Below, piece by piece: positions 62,291 through 64,000 of a stretch of DNA of 64,000 nt. This DNA comes from Raillietiella orientalis (taxonomy: Eukaryota). The DNA lies in the NCBI GenBank assembly GCA_036172245.1, contig JAYWIR010000015.1, positions 3,224,001-3,288,000 on the forward strand, given 5' to 3'. The notes under the pieces were generated by a model, which had not been told where the DNA came from, did not search any database, and saw nothing but the letters and a program-made list of their open reading frames with translations. Numbering within the stretch: the stretch's first letter is position 1; every line of letters begins with the position of its first letter. Both the position numbers and the translations under genes were made by a program.

Positions 62291-64000
62291 GACGGAAGAC
62301 TTCTCTGAAAAAAAAGGGAGCTGAAGGAGAGGATGCGAAGAGGATCGAGAAAGGGGGGAAATAGAGATGGAGCGAGGAAAAGGGTAAGATCCCTCCAGAT
62401 ACCTGGGACGGATCTTCAGATGGCCGGAGACGATCGTTTCGTGCTACAGGAACGTGGAGACCGTGCGAAATCCTGTGCCGATTAAGCAGAAGGGAGCGAA
62501 AGAAGGGAGGAGGTGAGCATGCCTTATCCCCGTCACGTCAAGGGAGAGTTTCCCTGCCACGGGCAAGCACACGTCCCGGTTTAAGAATGAGTCCAGGAAA
62601 GGAAAGGAAACCCATGATGGGGACAGGGAACGAGAGGGATCCGAAAATCTCGGCTATCCCTCTCGCTCGAGGGACTTCGAGAGGTGGGTGAGTTTGCTCC
62701 TGCCCCCCAGGATGATCGAGGCTTCCCTCAGTGGCTTTTGCGTGCTCCGACGGGAGCACCTCCCCCTCTTTTCCGAACTCCCCTTCGACAGAAAAAAAAA
62801 GCAGAAGGACGGGAGGTGGCAGGGGTGTGAACGGGAGGGGGGCAAACGCTGGTCCCCCATCCCCTCTGCGGTGGGGAGCGCCGGAGCCTCCACATCCACT
62901 TGGTGTATTCCTCGAGCGATGGCTGAGTCGCGGTCGGTTTCCTTCTTCTCTCGAGTGACACCGCCACCTGAACGGAAGTCCCCAGAGACGTGACCCGTCC
63001 TCCCCCTCCTCTCACTCGCGGAGCTGCCGCCCGCGGGCGCACGAGCCTTCCGGCTTCGGAAAGAACGTCGACGTCTTTCCCCTTTCCTCGGGAACGCGGC
63101 GTCGTTCCGTACGTCGGAGTCGCGATCCCCTTGCGTGCCTCCGCGGGCGAGAGCGTTCCGCCCGCGAACCTCTCATTCGTGATCGAACTCCCCTCTCGGG
63201 CGGGAAGAAGAGACCCCCTTCCCCCTCCGCTGCGGGCTCCGAGCTTGTTCCCTTTATCATCTTCGGGAAGAGTTCCCGAACGCGGGCGTCGATGGTCCTC
63301 GCCATCACTGCTGCCTCCAGCAGTCTTAGGGCCGAGGGGTCCGCTCTCTCCCGGACTCTTCCCTTGCAAGAGAAGAGCGGCAGTCACGGCAGGCTGGGGA
63401 GCGAGGGCGGTGTCCCTGCCTGCTCCGGGGCTCGGGACGGGTGGGGTTGCATGGACGCGCTTTCGGGTGGACGGGCGTTTCCCCCCTCTCGTGTCGTCTC
63501 TCAGGCGCGGCGACGGAGAGTCTCGAGGTGTGCGCTTGAGCAGTATTTCACTCGCCGTCGTCCAGGAAACCGCTCTGGCAGGGGAAGCGGATGGGAGGGA
63601 GGGGGGATCCGTTTTCTCGGGGCCCGGTGCTCTCTGGGAGCCGCCTCTGCTCGGGAACGGGGGGCACGCAACCTCCGAATACCCGTCCCTTCCTCGCGCA
63701 TGAGCGTTCTTGGAGGATTTCCGTCCTCCTCCGTTGCTGCCGGCTGCTGCTACCGCTCCTCTCCTCCCGCTGACTGAAACGCCACCTCTTGAATGGCAAG
63801 CCACGGAGGAGGCGAAAAACCACCACTACAGCAGCAACAAAAAACAAAAAGAGAGTTACGGGCGAGGAGGGGGAGAGACTGAGACAGAGAGAGAAAGAGA
63901 AAGAGAGATCCGAAACAACAACAACACAGAAAAAAAAGACGAAAAAAAGAAAAAGAAAGAAAAAAAAAAAGAAAAAAAGGAGACGCGTGTCGTTTCCGCC

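Noticed and set aside
1..64000. CRISPR array, tRNA/rRNA genes, prokaryotic operon or defence system
   Set aside because: Spliceosomal introns and a metazoan TF indicate animal DNA; no regular repeat-spacer units or RNA-gene signatures were recognised.

Overview
Eukaryotic (arthropod-like), GC-rich, microsatellite-rich window. One intact gene is clearly supported: a minus-strand tiptop/teashirt (tio/tsh, TSHZ family) zinc-finger transcription factor. I reconstruct it as three coding exons (52715-52676, 48052-47923, 47863-44764; about 1089 aa). The flanks look like ORF noise, but across shifting frames they carry collinear, heavily decayed dynein heavy chain (DHC) motifs in three relics. Relic 1 is minus strand, ~21040 to ~1230, linker-AAA1-4-stalk, DNAH5/DNAH8-like, with an internal ~6.5 kb tandem duplication. 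Relic 2 is plus strand, ~23010 to ~41060, linker-AAA1-6, with a probable small inversion. Relic 3 is minus strand, ~62290 to ~54880, tail (DHC_N1 into DHC_N2), DNAH5/DNAH8-like. Stops and frameshifts fall inside motifs and the Walker A motifs are degraded, so these read as old pseudogenes. Short islands of clustered homeodomain/TALE/TCF/RFX/Rel motifs lie between the relic exons and are candidate tio/tsh enhancers. All DHC matches were made by eye against family motifs recalled from memory. Individual matches are weak, boundaries are approximate, and a frameshift-aware search is needed. No RNA genes, CRISPR arrays or coding transposons were recognised.
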